DNA from: Eledone cirrhosa
Lineage: Eukaryota
NCBI GenBank assembly: GCA_964016885.1
Contig: OZ024762.1
Span: forward strand, 30,070,001-30,134,000
Direction of reading: 5' to 3'
Length of the DNA: 64,000 nucleotides
Shown: one piece after another, positions 11,901-26,300 of the stretch
How positions within the stretch are numbered: the first letter of the stretch is position 1
How the letters are laid out: each line of letters opens with the position of its first letter
Made by a program: the position numbers and the translations under genes
Notes under the pieces: model-generated
Told to the model about the DNA's origin: nothing
Database searches by the model: none
Seen by the model: only the letters and a program-made list of their open reading frames with translations

Positions 11901-14900
11901 GTAACTCCACTGTTGGTGAGAATTCATTTAAGTTCATGGTACTAGCTGTCAGAAGTAACTCCAATGTTGGTGAGAATTCATTTAAGTTCATGGTATTAGC
12001 TGTCAGAAGGAACTCCACTGTTGGTGAGAATTCATTTAAGTTCATGGTATTAGCTGTCAGAAGTAACTCCACTGTTGGTGAGAATTCATTTAAGTTCATG
12101 GTGCTAGTTGTCAGAAGTAACTCCACTGTTGGTGAGAATTCATTTAAGTTCATGGTATTAGTTGTCAGAAGTAACTCCACTGTTGGTGAGAATTCATTTA
12201 AGTCATGGTATTAGTTGTCAGAAGTAACTCCAATGTTGGTGAGAATTCATTTAAGTTCATGGTACTAGCTGTCAGAAGTAACTCCACTGTTGGTGAGAGT
12301 TCATTTAAGTTCATGGTATTAGCTGTCAGAAGTAACTCCATTGTTGGTGAGAATTCATTTAAGTCATGGTACTAGCTGTCAGAAGTAACTCCACTGTTGG
12401 TGAGAATTCATTTAAGTTCATGGTATTAGCTGTCAGAAGGAACTCCACTGTTGGTGAGAATTCATTTAAGTTCATGGAACTAGCTGTCAGAAGTAACTCC
12501 AATGTTGGTGAGAATTCATTTAAGTTCATGGTATTAGCTGTCAGAAGGAACTCCACTGTTGGTGAGAATTCATTTAAGTTCATGGTATTAGCTGTCAGAA
12601 ATAACTCCACTGTTGGTGAGAATTCATTTAAGTCATGGTATTAGCTGTCAGAAGTAACTCCAATGTTGGTGAGAATTCATTTAAGTTCATGGTATTAGCT
12701 GTCAGAAGTAACTCCACTGTTGGTGAGAATTCATTTAAGTTCATGGTATTAGCTGTCAGAAGTAACTCCACTGTTGGTGAGAATTCATTTAAGTTCATGG
12801 TACTAGCTGTCAGAAGTAACTCCGCTGTTGGTGAGAATTCATTTAAGTTCATGGTATTAGTTTGTCAGAAGTAACTCCACTGTTGGTGAGAATTCATTTA
12901 AGTCATGGTATTAGTTGTCAGAAGTAACTCCAATGTTGGTGAGAATTCATTTAAGTTCATGGTACTAGCTGTCAGAAGGAACTCCACTGTTGGTGAGAAT
13001 TCATTTAAGTTCATGGTATTAGCTGTCAGAAGTAACTCCACTGTTGGTGAGAATTCATTTAAGTCATGGTATTAGCTGTCAGAAGTAACTCCAATGTTGG
13101 TGAGAATTCATTTAAGTCATGGTACTAGCTGTCAGAAGTAACTCCAATGTTGGTGAGAATTCATTTAAGTTCATGTTATTAGCTGTCAGAAGGAACTCCA
13201 CTGTTGGTGAGAATTCATTTAAGTTCATGGTATTAGCTGTCAGAAGTAACTCCACTGTTGGTGAGAATTCATTTAAGTTCATGGTACTAGCTGTCAGAAG
13301 TAACTCCACTGTTGGTGAGAATTCAGTTAAGTTCATGGTACTAGCTGTCAGAAGTAACTCCACTGTTGGTGAGAATTCAGTTAAGTTCATGGTATTAGCT
13401 GTCAGAAGGAACTCCACTGTTGGTGAGAATTCATTTAAGTTCATGGTATTAGCTGTCAGAAGTAACTCCACTGTTGGTGAGAATTCATTTAAGTTCATGG
13501 TACTAGCTGTCAGAAGTAACTCCACTGTTGGTGAGAATTCATTTAAGTTCATGGTACTAGCTGTCAGAAGTAACTCCACTGTTGGTGAGAATTCAGTTAA
13601 GTTCATGGTATTAGTTGTCAGAAGTAACTCCACTGTTGGTGAGAATTCATTTAAATCATGGTATTAGTTGTCAGAAGTAACTCCAATGTTGGTGGGAATT
13701 CATTTAAGTTCATGGTACTAGCTGTCAGAAGTAACTCCACTGTTGGTGAGAATTCATTTAAGTTCATGGTATTAGCTGTCAGAAGTAACTCCACTGTTGG
13801 TGAGAATTCATTTAAGTCATGGTATTAGCTGTCAGAAGTAACTCCATTGTTGGTGAGAATTCATTTAAGTCATGGTACTAGCTGTCAGAAGTAACTCCAC
13901 TGTTGGTGAGAATTCATTTAAGTTCATGGTATTAGCTGTCAGAAGGAACTCCACTGTTGGTGAGAATTCATTTAAATCATGGTATTAGTTGTCAGAAGTA
14001 ACTCCAATGTTGGTGAGAATTCATTTAAGTTCATGGTACTAGCTGTCAGAAGTAACTCCACTGTTGGTGAGAATTCATTTAAGTTCATGGTATTAGCTGT
14101 CAGAAGTAACTCCACTGTTGGTGAGAATTCATTTAAGTCATGGTACTAGCTGTCAGAAGGAACTCCACTGTTGGTGAGAATTCAGTTAAGTTCATGGTAT
14201 TAGTTGTCAGAAGTAACTCCACTGTTGGTGAGAATTCATTTAAATCATGGTATTAGTTGTCAGAAGTAACTCCAATGTTGGTGAGAATTCATTTAAGTTC
14301 ATGGTACTAGCTGTCAGAAGTAACTCCACTGTTGGTGAGAATTCATTTAAGTTCATGGTATTAGCTGTCAGAAGTAACTCCACTGTTGGTGAGAATTCAT
14401 TTAAGTCATGGTATTAGCTGTCAGAAGTAACTCCATTGTTGGTGAGAATTCATTTAAGTCATGGTACTAGCTGTCAGAAGTAACTCCACTGTTGGTGAGA
14501 ATTCATTTAAGTTCATGGTATTAGCTGTCAGAAGGAACTCCACTGTTGGTGAGAATTCATTTAAGTTCATGGTATTAGCTGTCAGAAGTAACTCCACTGT
14601 TGGTGAGAATTCATTTAAGTTCATGGTATTAGCTGTCAGAAGTAACTCCACTGTTGGTGAGAATTCATTTAAGTTCATGGTACTAGCTGTCAGAAGTAAC
14701 TCCACTGTTGGTGAGAATTCATTTAAGTTCATGGTATTAGCTGTCAGAAGTAACTCCACTGTTGGTGAGAATTCATTTAAGTTCATGGTTTTAGCTATCA
14801 GAAGTAACTCCATTGTTGGTGAGAATTCATTTATGTCATGGTACTAGCTGTCAGAAGTAACTCCACTGTTGGTGAGAATTCATTTAAGTTCATGGTACTA

Positions 14901-17900
14901 GCTGTCAGAAGTAACTCCACTGTTGGTGAGAATTCAGTTAAGTTCATGGTATTAGTTGTCAGAAGTAACTCCACTGTTGGTGAGAATTCATTTAAATCAT
15001 GGTATTAGTTGTCAGAAGTAACTACAATGTTGGTGAGAATTCATTTAAGTTCATGGTACTAGCTGTCAGAAGTAACTCCACTGTTGGTGAGAATTCATTT
15101 AAGTTCATGGTATTAGCTGTCAGAAGTAACTCCACTGTTGGTGAGAATTCATTTAAGTCATGGTATTAGCTGTCAGAAGTAACTCCATTGTTGGTGAGAA
15201 TTCATTTAAGTCATGGTACTAGCTGTCAGAAGTAACTCCACTGTTGGTGAGAATTCATTTAAGTTCATGGTATTAGCTGTCAGAAGGAACTCCACTGTTG
15301 GTGAGAATTCATTTAAGTTCATGGTATTAGCTGTCAGAAGTAACTCCACTGTTGGTGAGAATTCATTTTAGTTCATGGTACTAGCTGTCAGAAGTAACTC
15401 CACTGTTGGTGAGAATTCATTTAAGTTCATGTTACTAGCTGTCAGAAGGAACTCCACTGTTGGTGAGAATTCATTTAAGTTCATGGTGCTAGTTGTCAGA
15501 AGTAACTCCACTGTTGGTGAGAATTCATTTAAGTTCATGGTATTAGTTGTCAGAAGTAACTCCACTGTTGGTGAGAATTCATTTAAGTCATGGTATTAGT
15601 TGTCAGAAGTAACTCCAATGTTGGTGAGAATTCATTTAAGTTCATGGTACTAGCTGTCAGAAGTAACTCCACTGTTGGTGAGAGTTTATTTAAGTTCATG
15701 GTATTAGCTGTCAGAAGTAACTCCATTGTTGGTGAGAATTCATTTAAGTCATGGTACTAGCTGTCAGAAGTAACTCCACTGTTGGTGAGAATTCATTTAA
15801 GTTCATGGTATTAGCTGTCAGAAGGAACTCCACTGTTGGTGAGAATTCATTTAAGTTCATGGTACTAGCTGTCAGAAGTAACTCCAATGTTGGTGAGAAT
15901 TCATTTAAGTTCATGGTATTAGCTGTCAGAAGGAACTCCACTGTTGGTGAGAATTCATTTAAGTTCATGGTATTAGCTGTCAGAAGTAACTCCACTGTTG
16001 GTGAGAATTCATTTAAGTTCATGGTATTAGCTGTCAGAAATAACTCCACTGTTGGTGAGAATTCATTTAAGTCATGGTATTAGCTGTCAGAAGTAACTCC
16101 AATGTTGGTGAGAATTCATTTAAGTTCATGGTACTAGCTGTCAGAAGGAACTCCACTGTTGGTGAGAATTCATTTAAGTTCATGGTATTAGCTGTCAGAA
16201 GTAACTCCACTGTTGGTGAGAATTCATTTAAGTTCATGGTATTAGCTGTCAGAAGTAACTCCACTGTTGGTGAGAATTCATTTAAGTTCATGGTACTAGC
16301 TGTCAGAAGTAACTCCGCTGTTGGTGAGAATTCATTTAAGTTCATGGTATTAGTTTGTCAGAAGTAACTCCACTGTTGGTGAGAATTCATTTAAGTCATG
16401 GTATTAGTTGTCAGAAGTAACTCCAATGTTGGTGAGAATTCATTTAAGTTCATGGTACTAGCTGTCAGAAGGAACTCCACTGTTGGTGAGAATTCATTTA
16501 AGTTCATGGTATTAGCTGTCAGAAGTAACTCCACTGTTGGTGAGAATTCATTTAAGTCATGGTATTAGCTGTCAGAAGTAACTCCAATGTTGGTGAGAAT
16601 TCATTTAAGTCATGGTACTAGCTGTCAGAAGTAACTCCAATGTTGGTGAGAATTCATTTAAGTTCATGTTATTAGCTGTCAGAAGGAACTCCACTGTTGG
16701 TGAGAATTCATTTAAGTTCATGGTATTAGCTGTCAGAAGTAACTCCACTGTTGGTGAGAATTCATTTAAGTTCATGGTACTAGCTGTCAGAAGTAACTCC
16801 ACTGTTGGTGAGAATTCATTTAAGTTCATGGTACTAGCTGTCAGAAGTAACTCCACTGTTGGTGAGAATTCATTTAAGTTCATGGTACTAGCTGTCAGAA
16901 GTAACTCCACTGTTGGTGAGAATTCATTTAAGTTCATGGTACTAGCTGTCAGAAGTAACTCCACTGTTGGTGAGAATTCATTTAAGTTCATGGTATTAGC
17001 TGTCAGAAGTAACTCCACTCTTGGTGAGAATTCATTTAAGTTCATGGTACTAGCTGTCAGAAGTAATCCCAAATGTTGGTGAGAATTCATTTAAGTTCAT
17101 GGTATTAGCTGTCAGAAGTCACTCCAATGTTGGTGAGAATTCATTTAAGTTCATGGTATTAGCTGTCAGAAGTCACTCCACTGTTGGTGAGAATTCATTT
17201 AAGTTCATTGTACTAGCTGTCAGAAGTAACCCCAATGTTGGTGAGAATTCATTTAAGTTCATGGTATTAGCTGTCAGAAGTCACTCCAATGTTGGTGAGA
17301 ATTCATTTAAGTTCATGGTATTAGCTGTCAGAAGTAACTCCACTGTTGGTGAGAATTCATTTAAGTTCATGGTATTAGCTGTCAGAAGTAACTCCACTGT
17401 TGGTGAGAATTCATTTAAGTTCATGGTATTAGCTGTCAGAAGGAACTCCAATGTTGGTGAGAATTCATTTAAGTCATGGTACTAGCTGTCAGAAGTAACT
17501 CCACTGTTGGTGAGAATTCATTTAAGTTCATGGTATTAGCTGTCAGAAGGAACGCCACTGTTGGTGAGAATTCATTTAAGTTCATGGTATTAGCTGTCAG
17601 AAGTAACTCCACTGTTGGTGAGAATTCATTTAAGTTCATGGTACTAGCTGTCAGAAGTAACTCCAATGTTGGTGAGAATTCATTTAAGTTCATGGTATTA
17701 GCTGTCAGAAGGAACTCCACTGTTGGTGAGAATTCATTTAAGTTCATGGTATTAGCTGTCAGAAGTAACTCCACTGTTGGTGAGAATTCATTTAAGTTCA
17801 TGGTGCTAGTTGTCAGAAGTAACTCCACTGTTGGTGAGAATTCATTTAAGTTCATGGTATTAGTTGTCAGAAGTAACTCCACTGTTGGTGAGAATTCATT

Positions 17901-18700
17901 TAAGTCATGGTATTAGTTGTCAGAAGTAACTCCAATGTTGGTGAGAATTCATTTAAGTTCATGGTACTAGCTGTCAGAAGTAACTCCACTGTTGGTGAGA
18001 GTTCATTTAAGTTCATGGTATTAGCTGTCAGAAGTAACTCCATTGTTGGTGAGAATTCATTTAAGTCATGGTACTAGCTGTCAGAAGTAACTCCACTGTT
18101 GGTGAGAATTCATTTAAGTTCATGGTATTAGCTGTCAGAAGGAACTCCACTGTTGGTGAGAATTCATTTAAGTTCATGGAACTAGCTGTCAGAAGTAACT
18201 CCAATGTTGGTGAGAATTCATTTAAGTTCATGGTATTAGCTGTCAGAAGGAACTCCACTGTTGGTGAGAATTCATTTAAGTTCATGGTATTAGCTGTCAG
18301 AAGTAACTCCACTGTTGGTGAGAATTCATTTAAGTTCATGGTATTAGCTGTCAGAAATAACTCCACTGTTGGTGAGAATTCATTTAAGTCATGGTATTAG
18401 CTGTCAGAAGTAACTCCAATGTTGGTGAGAATTCATTTAAGTTCATGGTATTAGCTGTCAGAAGTAACTCCACTGTTGGTGAGAATTCATTTAAGTTCAT
18501 GGTATTAGCTGTCAGAAGTAACTCCACTGTTGGTGAGAATTCATTTAAGTTCATGGTACTAGCTGTCAGAAGTAACTCCGCTGTTGGTGAGAATTCATTT
18601 AAGTTCATGGTATTAGTTTGTCAGAAGTAACTCCACTGTTGGTGAGAATTCATTTAAGTCATGGTATTAGTTGTCAGAAGTAACTCCAATGTTGGTGAGA
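4077..18700. repeat. Super-HOR tandem duplication, ~7.3-7.5 kb (two copies, ~4077-11396 and ~11397-18700)
   Basis: Rare variants occur in pairs: GGTGGGAATT 6425/13691 (offset 7266), GTTTTAGCTA 7361/14788, GTAACTACAA 7591/15018 and GAGAGTTTATT 8253/15680 (all 7427), and CATTGTAC 9671/17206 (7535). The offsets differ by whole monomers. Boundaries are approximate. Confidence 0.85.
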
Positions 18701-21700
18701 ATTCATTTAAGTTCATGGTACTAGCTGTCAGAAGGAACTCCACTGTTGGTGAGAATTCATTTAAGTTCATGGTATTAGCTGTCAGAAGTAACTCCACTGT
18801 TGGTGAGAATTCATTTAAGTCATGGTATTAGCTGTCAGAAGTAACTCCAATGTTGGTGAGAATTCATTTAAGTCATGGTACTAGCTGTCAGAAGTAACTC
18901 CAATGTTGGTGAGAATTCATTTAAGTTCATGTTATTAGCTGTCAGAAGGAACTCCACTGTTGGTGAGAATTCATTTAAGTTCATGGTATTAGCTGTCAGA
19001 AGTAACTCCACTGTTGGTGAGAATTCATTTAAGTTCATGGTACTAGCTGTCAGAAGTAACTCCACTGTTGGTGAGAATTCAGTTAAGTTCATGGTACTAG
19101 CTGTCAGAAGTAACTCCACTGTTGGTGAGAATTCAGTTAAGTTCATGGTATTAGCTGTCAGAAGGAACTCCACTGTTGGTGAGAATTCATTTAAGTTCAT
19201 GGTACTAGCTGTCAGAAGTAACTCCACTGTTGGTGAGAATTCATTTAAGTTCATGGTACTAGCTGTCAGAAGTAACTCCACTGTTGGTGAGAATTCAGTT
19301 AAGTTCATGGTATTAGTTGTCAGAAGTAACTCCACTGTTGGTGAGAATTCATTTAAATCATGGTATTAGTTGTCAGAAGTAACTCCAATGTTGGTGAGAA
19401 TTCATTTAAGTTCATGGTACTAGCTGTCAGAAGTAACTCCACTGTTGGTGAGAATTCATTTAAGTTCATGGTATTAGCTGTCAGAAGTAACTCCACTGTT
19501 GGTGAGAATTCATTTAAGTCATGGTATTAGCTGTCAGAAGTAACTCCATTGTTGGTGAGAATTCATTTAAGTCATGGTACTAGCTGTCAGAAGTAACTCC
19601 ACTGTTGGTGAGAATTCATTTAAGTTCATGGTATTAGCTGTCAGAAGGAACTCCACTGTTGGTGAGAATTCATTTAAGTTCATGGTATTAGCTGTCAGAA
19701 GTAACTCCACTGTTGGTGAGAATTCATTTTAGTTCATGGTACTAGCTGTCAGAAGTAACTCCACTGTTGGTGAGAATTCATTTAAGTTCATGGTACTAGC
19801 TGTCAGAAGGAACTCCAATGTTGGTGAGAATTCATTTAAGTCATGGTACTAGCTGTCAGAATTAACTCCACTGTTGGTGAGAATTCGTTTAAGTTCATGG
19901 TATTAGCTGTCAGAAGGAACTCCACTGTTGGTGAGAATTCAGTTAAGTTCATGGTATTAGTTGTCAGAAGTAACTCCACTGTTGGTGAGAATTCATTTAA
20001 ATCATGGTATTAGTTGTCAGAAGTAACTCCAATGTTGGTGAGAATTCATTTAAGTTCATGGTACTAGCTGTCAGAAGTAACTCCACTGTTGGTGAGAATT
20101 CATTTAAGTTCATGGTATTAGCTGTCAGAAGTAACTCCACTGTTGGTGAGAATTCATTTAAGTCATGGTATTAGCTGTCAGAAGTAACTCCATTGTTGGT
20201 GAGAATTCATTTAAGTCATGGTACTAGCTGTCAGAAGTAACTCCACTGTTGGTGAGAATTCATTTAAGTTCACGGTATTAGCTGTCAGAAGGAACTCCAC
20301 TGTTGGTGAGAATTCACTTAAGTTCATGGTATTAGCTGTCAGAAGTAACTCCACTGTTGGTGAGAATTCATTTAAGTTCATGGTATTAGCTGTCAGAAGG
20401 AACTCCAATGTTGGTGAGAATTCATTTAAGTCATGGTACTAGCTGTCAGAAGTAACTCCACTGTTGGTGAGAATTCATTTAAGTTCATGGTATTAGCTGT
20501 CAGAAGGAACGCCACTGTTGGTGAGAATTCATTTAAGTTCATGGTATTAGCTGTCAGAAGTAACTCCACTGTTGGTGAGAATTCATTTAAGTTCATGGTA
20601 CTAGCTGTCAGAAGTAACTCCAATGTTGGTGAGAATTCATTTAAGTTCATGGTATTAGCTGTCAGAAGGAACTCCACTGTTGGTGAGAATTCATTTAAGT
20701 TCATGGTATTAGCTGTCAGAAGTAACTCCACTGTTGGTGAGAATTCATTTAAGTTCATGGTGCTAGTTGTCAGAAGTAACTCCACTGTTGGTGAGAATTC
20801 ATTTAAGTTCATGGTATTAGTTGTCAGAAGTAACTCCACTGTTGGTGAGAATTCATTTAAGTCATGGTATTAGTTGTCAGAAGTAACTCCAATGTTGGTG
20901 AGAATTCATTTAAGTTCATGGTACTAGCTGTCAGAAGTAACTCCACTGTTGGTGAGAGTTCATTTAAGTTCATGGTATTAGCTGTCAGAAGTAACTCCAT
21001 TGTTGGTGAGAATTCATTTAAGTCATGGTACTAGCTGTCAGAAGTAACTCCACTGTTGGTGAGAATTCATTTAAGTTCATGGTATTAGCTGTCAGAAGGA
21101 ACTCCACTGTTGGTGAGAATTCATTTAAGTTCATGGAACTAGCTGTCAGAAGTAACTCCAATGTTGGTGAGAATTCATTTAAGTTCATGGTATTAGCTGT
21201 CAGAAGGAACTCCACTGTTGGTGAGAATTCATTTAAGTTCATGGTATTAGCTGTCAGAAGTAACTCCACTGTTGGTGAGAATTCATTTAAGTTCATGGTA
21301 TTAGCTGTCAGAAATAACTCCACTGTTGGTGAGAATTCATTTAAGTCATGGTATTAGCTGTCAGAAGTAACTCCAATGTTGGTGAGAATTCATTTAAGTT
21401 CATGGTATTAGCTGTCAGAAGTAACTCCACTGTTGGTGAGAATTCATTTAAGTTCATGGTATTAGCTGTCAGAAGTAACTCCACTGTTGGTGAGAATTCA
21501 TTTAAGTTCATGGTACTAGCTGTCAGAAGTAACTCCGCTGTTGGTGAGAATTCATTTAAGTTCATGGTATTAGTTTGTCAGAAGTAACTCCACTGTTGGT
21601 GAGAATTCATTTAAGTCATGGTATTAGTTGTCAGAAGTAACTCCAATGTTGGTGAGAATTCATTTAAGTTCATGGTACTAGCTGTCAGAAGGAACTCCAC

Positions 21701-23300
21701 TGTTGGTGAGAATTCATTTAAGTTCATGGTATTAGCTGTCAGAAGTAACTCCACTGTTGGTGAGAATTCATTTAAGTCATGGTATTAGCTGTCAGAAGTA
21801 ACTCCAATGTTGGTGAGAATTCATTTAAGTCATGGTACTAGCTGTCAGAAGTAACTCCAATGTTGGTGAGAATTCATTTAAGTTCATGTTATTAGCTGTC
21901 AAAAGGAACTCCACTGTTGGTGAGAATTCATTTAAGTTCATGGTATTAGCTGTCAGAAGTAACTCCACTGTTGGTGAGAATTCATTTAAGTTCATGGTAC
22001 TAGCTGTCAGAAGTAACTCCACTGTTGGTGAGAATTCAGTTAAGTTCATGGTACTAGCTGTCAGAAGTAACTCCACTGTTGGTGAGAATTCAGTTAAGTT
22101 CATGGTATTAGCTGTCAGAAGGAACTCCACTGTTGGTGAGAATTCATTTAAGTTCATGGTATTAGCTGTCAGAAGTAACTCCACTGTTGGTGAGAATTCA
22201 TTTAAGTTCATGGTACTAGCTGTCAGAAGTAACTCCACTGTTGGTGAGAATTCATTTAAGTTCATGGTACTAGCTGTCAGAAGTAACTCCACTGTTGGTG
22301 AGAATTCAGTTAAGTTCATGGTATTAGTTGTCAGAAGTAACTCCACTGTTGGTGAGAATTCATTTAAATCATGGTATTAGTTGTCAGAAGTAACTCCAAT
22401 GTTGGTGAGAATTCATTTAAGTTCATGGTACTAGCTGTTAGAAGTAACTCCACTGTTGGTGAGAATTCATTTAAGTTCATGGTATTAGCTGTCAGAAGTA
22501 ACTCCACTGTTGGTGAGAATTCATTTAAGTCATGGTATTAGCTGTCAGAAGTAACTCCATTGTTGGTGAGAATTCATTTAAGTCATGGTACTAGCTGTCA
22601 GAAGTAACTCCACTGTTGGTGAGAATTCATTTAAGTTCATGGTATTAGCTGTCAGAAGGAACTCCACTGTTGGTGAGAATTCATTTAAGTTCATGGTATT
22701 AGCTGTCAGAAGTAACTCCACTGTTGGTGAGAATTCATTTTAGTTCATGGTACTAGCTGTCAGAAGTAACTCCACTGTTGGTGAGAATTCATTTAAGTTC
22801 ATGGTACTAGCTGTCAGAAGGAACTCCAATGTTGGTGAGAATTCATTTAAGTCATGGTACTAGCTGTCAGAATTAACTCCACTGTTGGTGAGAATTCGTT
22901 TAAGTTCATGGTATTAGCTGTCAGAAGGAACTCCACTGTTGGTGAGAATTCAGTTAAGTTCATGGTATTAGTTGTCAGAAGTAACTCCACTGTTGGTGAG
23001 AATTCATTTAAATCATGGTATTAGTTGTCAGAAGTAACTCCAATGTTGGTGAGAATTCATTTAAGTTCATGGTACTAGCTGTCAGAAGTAACTCCACTGT
23101 TGGTGAGAATTCATTTAAGTTCATGGTATTAGCTGTCAGAAGTAACTCCACTGTTGGTGAGAATTCATTTAAGTCATGGTATTAGCTGTCAGAAGTAACT
23201 CCATTGTTGGTGAGAATTCATTTAAGTCATGGTACTAGCTGTCAGAAGTAACTCCACTGTTGGTGAGAATTCATTTAAGTTCATGGTATTAGCTGTCAGA
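17400..23300. repeat. Tandem duplication, ~2,957 bp (55 monomers), spanning the domain A/B transition
   Basis: Matching monomer runs at 17476/20433, 18068/21025, 18391/21348 and 18875/21832 (all offset 2957). The private variant ATTAACTCCA is at 19861/22872 (2957+54). Confidence 0.82.
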
Positions 23301-26300
23301 AGGAACTCCACTGTTGGTGAGAATTCATTTAAGTTCATGGTATTAGCTGTCAGAAGTAACTCCACTGTTGGTGAGAATTCATTTAAGTTCATGGTATTAG
23401 CTGTCAGAAGTAACTCCACTGTTGGTGAGAATTCATTTAATTTCATGGTACTAGCTGTCAGAAGTAACTCCACTGTTGGTGAGAATTCATTTAAGTTCAT
23501 GGTATTAGCTGTCAGAAGTAACTCCACTGTTGGTGAGAATTCATTTAAGTCATGGTATTAGCTATCAGAGGTAACTCCATTGTTGGTGAGAATTCATTTA
23601 AGTCATGGTACTAGCTGTCAGAAGTAACTCCACTGTTGGTGAGAATTCATTTAAGTTCATGGTACTAGCTGTCAGAAGTAACTCCACTGTTGGTGAGAAT
23701 TCAGTTAAGTTCATGGTATTAGTTGTCAGAAGTAACTCCACTGTTGGTGAGAATTCATTTAAATCATGGTATTAGTTGTCAGAAGTAACTCCAATGTTGG
23801 TGAGAATTCATTTAAGTTCATGGTACTAGCTGTCAGAAGTAACTCCACTGTTGGTGAGAATTCATTTAAGTTCATGGTATTAGCTGTCAGAAGTAACTCC
23901 ACTGTTGGTGAGAATTCATTTAAGTCATGGTATTAGCTGTCAGAAGTAACTCCATTGTTGGTGAGAATTCATTTAAGTCATGGTACTAGCTGTCAGAAGT
24001 AACTCCACTGTTGGTGAGAATTCATTTAAGTTCATGGTATTAGCTGTCAGAAGGAACTCCACTGTTGGTGAGAATTCATTTAAGTTCATGGTATTAGCTG
24101 TCAGAAGTAACTCCACTGTTGGTGAGAATTCATTTTAGTTCATGGTACTAGCTGTCAGAAGTAACTCCACTGTTGGTGAGAATTCAGTTAAGTTCATGGT
24201 ATTAGTTGTCAGAAGTAACTCCACTGTTGGTGAGAATTCATTTAAATCATGGTATTAGTTGTCAGAAGTAACTCCAATGTTGGTGAGAATTCATTTAAGT
24301 TCATGGTACTAGCTGTCAGAAGTAACTCCACTGTTGGTGAGAATTCATTTAAGTTCATGGTATTAGCTGTCAGAAGTAACTCCACTGTTGGTGAGAATTC
24401 ATTTAAGTCATGGTATTAGCTGTCAGAAGTAACTCCATTGTTGGTGAGAATTCATTTAAGTCATGGTACTAGCTGTCAGAAGTAACTCCACTGTTGGTGA
24501 GAATTCATTTAAGTTCATGGTATTAGCTGTCAGAAGGAACTCCACTGTTGGTGAGAATTCATTTAAGTTCATGGTATTAGCTGTCAGAAGTAACTCCACT
24601 GTTGGTGAGAATTCATTTTAGTTCATGGTACTAGCTGTCAGAAGTAACTCCACTGTTGGTGAGAATTCATTTAAGTTCATGGTACTAGCTGTCAGAAGGA
24701 ACTCCAATGTTGGTGAGAATTCATTTAAGTCATGGTACTAGCTGTCAGAAGTAACTCCACTGTTGGTGAGAATTCGTTTAAGTTCATGGTATTAGCTGTC
24801 AGAAGGAACTCCACTGTTGGTGAGAATTCAGTTAAGTTCATGGTATTAGTTGTCAGAAGTAACTCCACTGTTGGTGAGAATTCATTTAAATCATGGTATT
24901 AGTTGTCAGAAGTAACTCCAATGTTGGTGAGAATTCATTTAAGTTCATGGTACTAGCTGTCAGAAGTAACTCCACTGTTGGTGAGAATTCATTTAAGTTC
25001 ATGGTATTAGCTGTCAGAAGTAACTCCACTGTTGGTGAGAATTCATTTAAGTCATGGTATTAGCTGTCAGAAGTAACTCCATTGTTGGTGAGAATTCATT
25101 TAAGTCATGGTACTAGCTGTCAGAAGTAACTCCACTGTTGGTGAGAATTCATTTAAGTTCATGGTATTAGCTGTCAGAAGGAACTCCACTGTTGGTGAGA
25201 ATTCATTTAAGTTCATGGTATTAGCTGTCAGAAGTAACTCCACTGTTGGTGAGAATTCATTTAAGTTCATGGTACTAGCTGTCAGAAGTAACTCCACTGT
25301 TGGTGAGAATTCATTTAAGTTCATGGTATTAGCTGTCAGAAGTAACTCCACTGTTGGTGAGAATTCATTTAAGTCATGGTATTAGCTATCAGAAGTAACT
25401 CCATTGTTGGTGAGAATTCATTTAAGTCATGGTACTAGCTGTCAGAAGTAACTCCACTGTTGGTGAGAATTCATTTAAGTTCATGGTACTAGCTGTCAGA
25501 AGTAACTCCACTGTTGGTGAGAATTCAGTTAAGTTCATGGTATTAGTTGTCAGAAGTAACTCCACTGTTGGTGAGAATTCATTTAAATCATGGTATTAGT
25601 TGTCAGAAGTAACTCCAATGTTGGTGAGAATTCACTTAAGTTCATGGTACTAGCTGTCAGAAGTAACTCCACTGTTGGTGAGAATTCATTTAAGTTCATG
25701 GTATTAGCTGTCAGAAGGAACTCCACTGTTGGTGAGAATTCATTTAAGTTCATGGTATTAGCTGTCAGAAGTAACTCCACTGTTGGTGAGAATTCATTTT
25801 AGTTCATGGTACTAGCTGTCAGAAGTAACTCCACTGTTGGTGAGAATTCGTTTAAGTTCATGGTATTAGCTGTCAGAAGGAACTCCACTGTTGGTGAGAA
25901 TTCAGTTAAGTTCATGGTATTAGTTGTCAGAAGTAACTCCACTGTTGGTGAGAATTCATTTAAATCATGGTATTAGTTGTCAGAAGTAACTCCAATGTTG
26001 GTGAGAATTCATTTAAGTTCATGGTACTAGCTGTCAGAAGTAACTCCACTGTTGGTGAGAATTCATTTAAGTTCATGGTATTAGCTGTCAGAAGTAACTC
26101 CACTGTTGGTGAGAATTCATTTAAGTCATGGTATTAGCTGTCAGAAGTAACTCCATTGTTGGTGAGAATTCATTTAAGTCATGGTACTAGCTGTCAGAAG
26201 GAACTCCACTGTTGGTGAGAATTCATTTAAGTTCATGGTATTAGCTGTCAGAAGGAACTCCACTGTTGGTGAGAATTCATTTAAGTTCATGGTATTAGCT

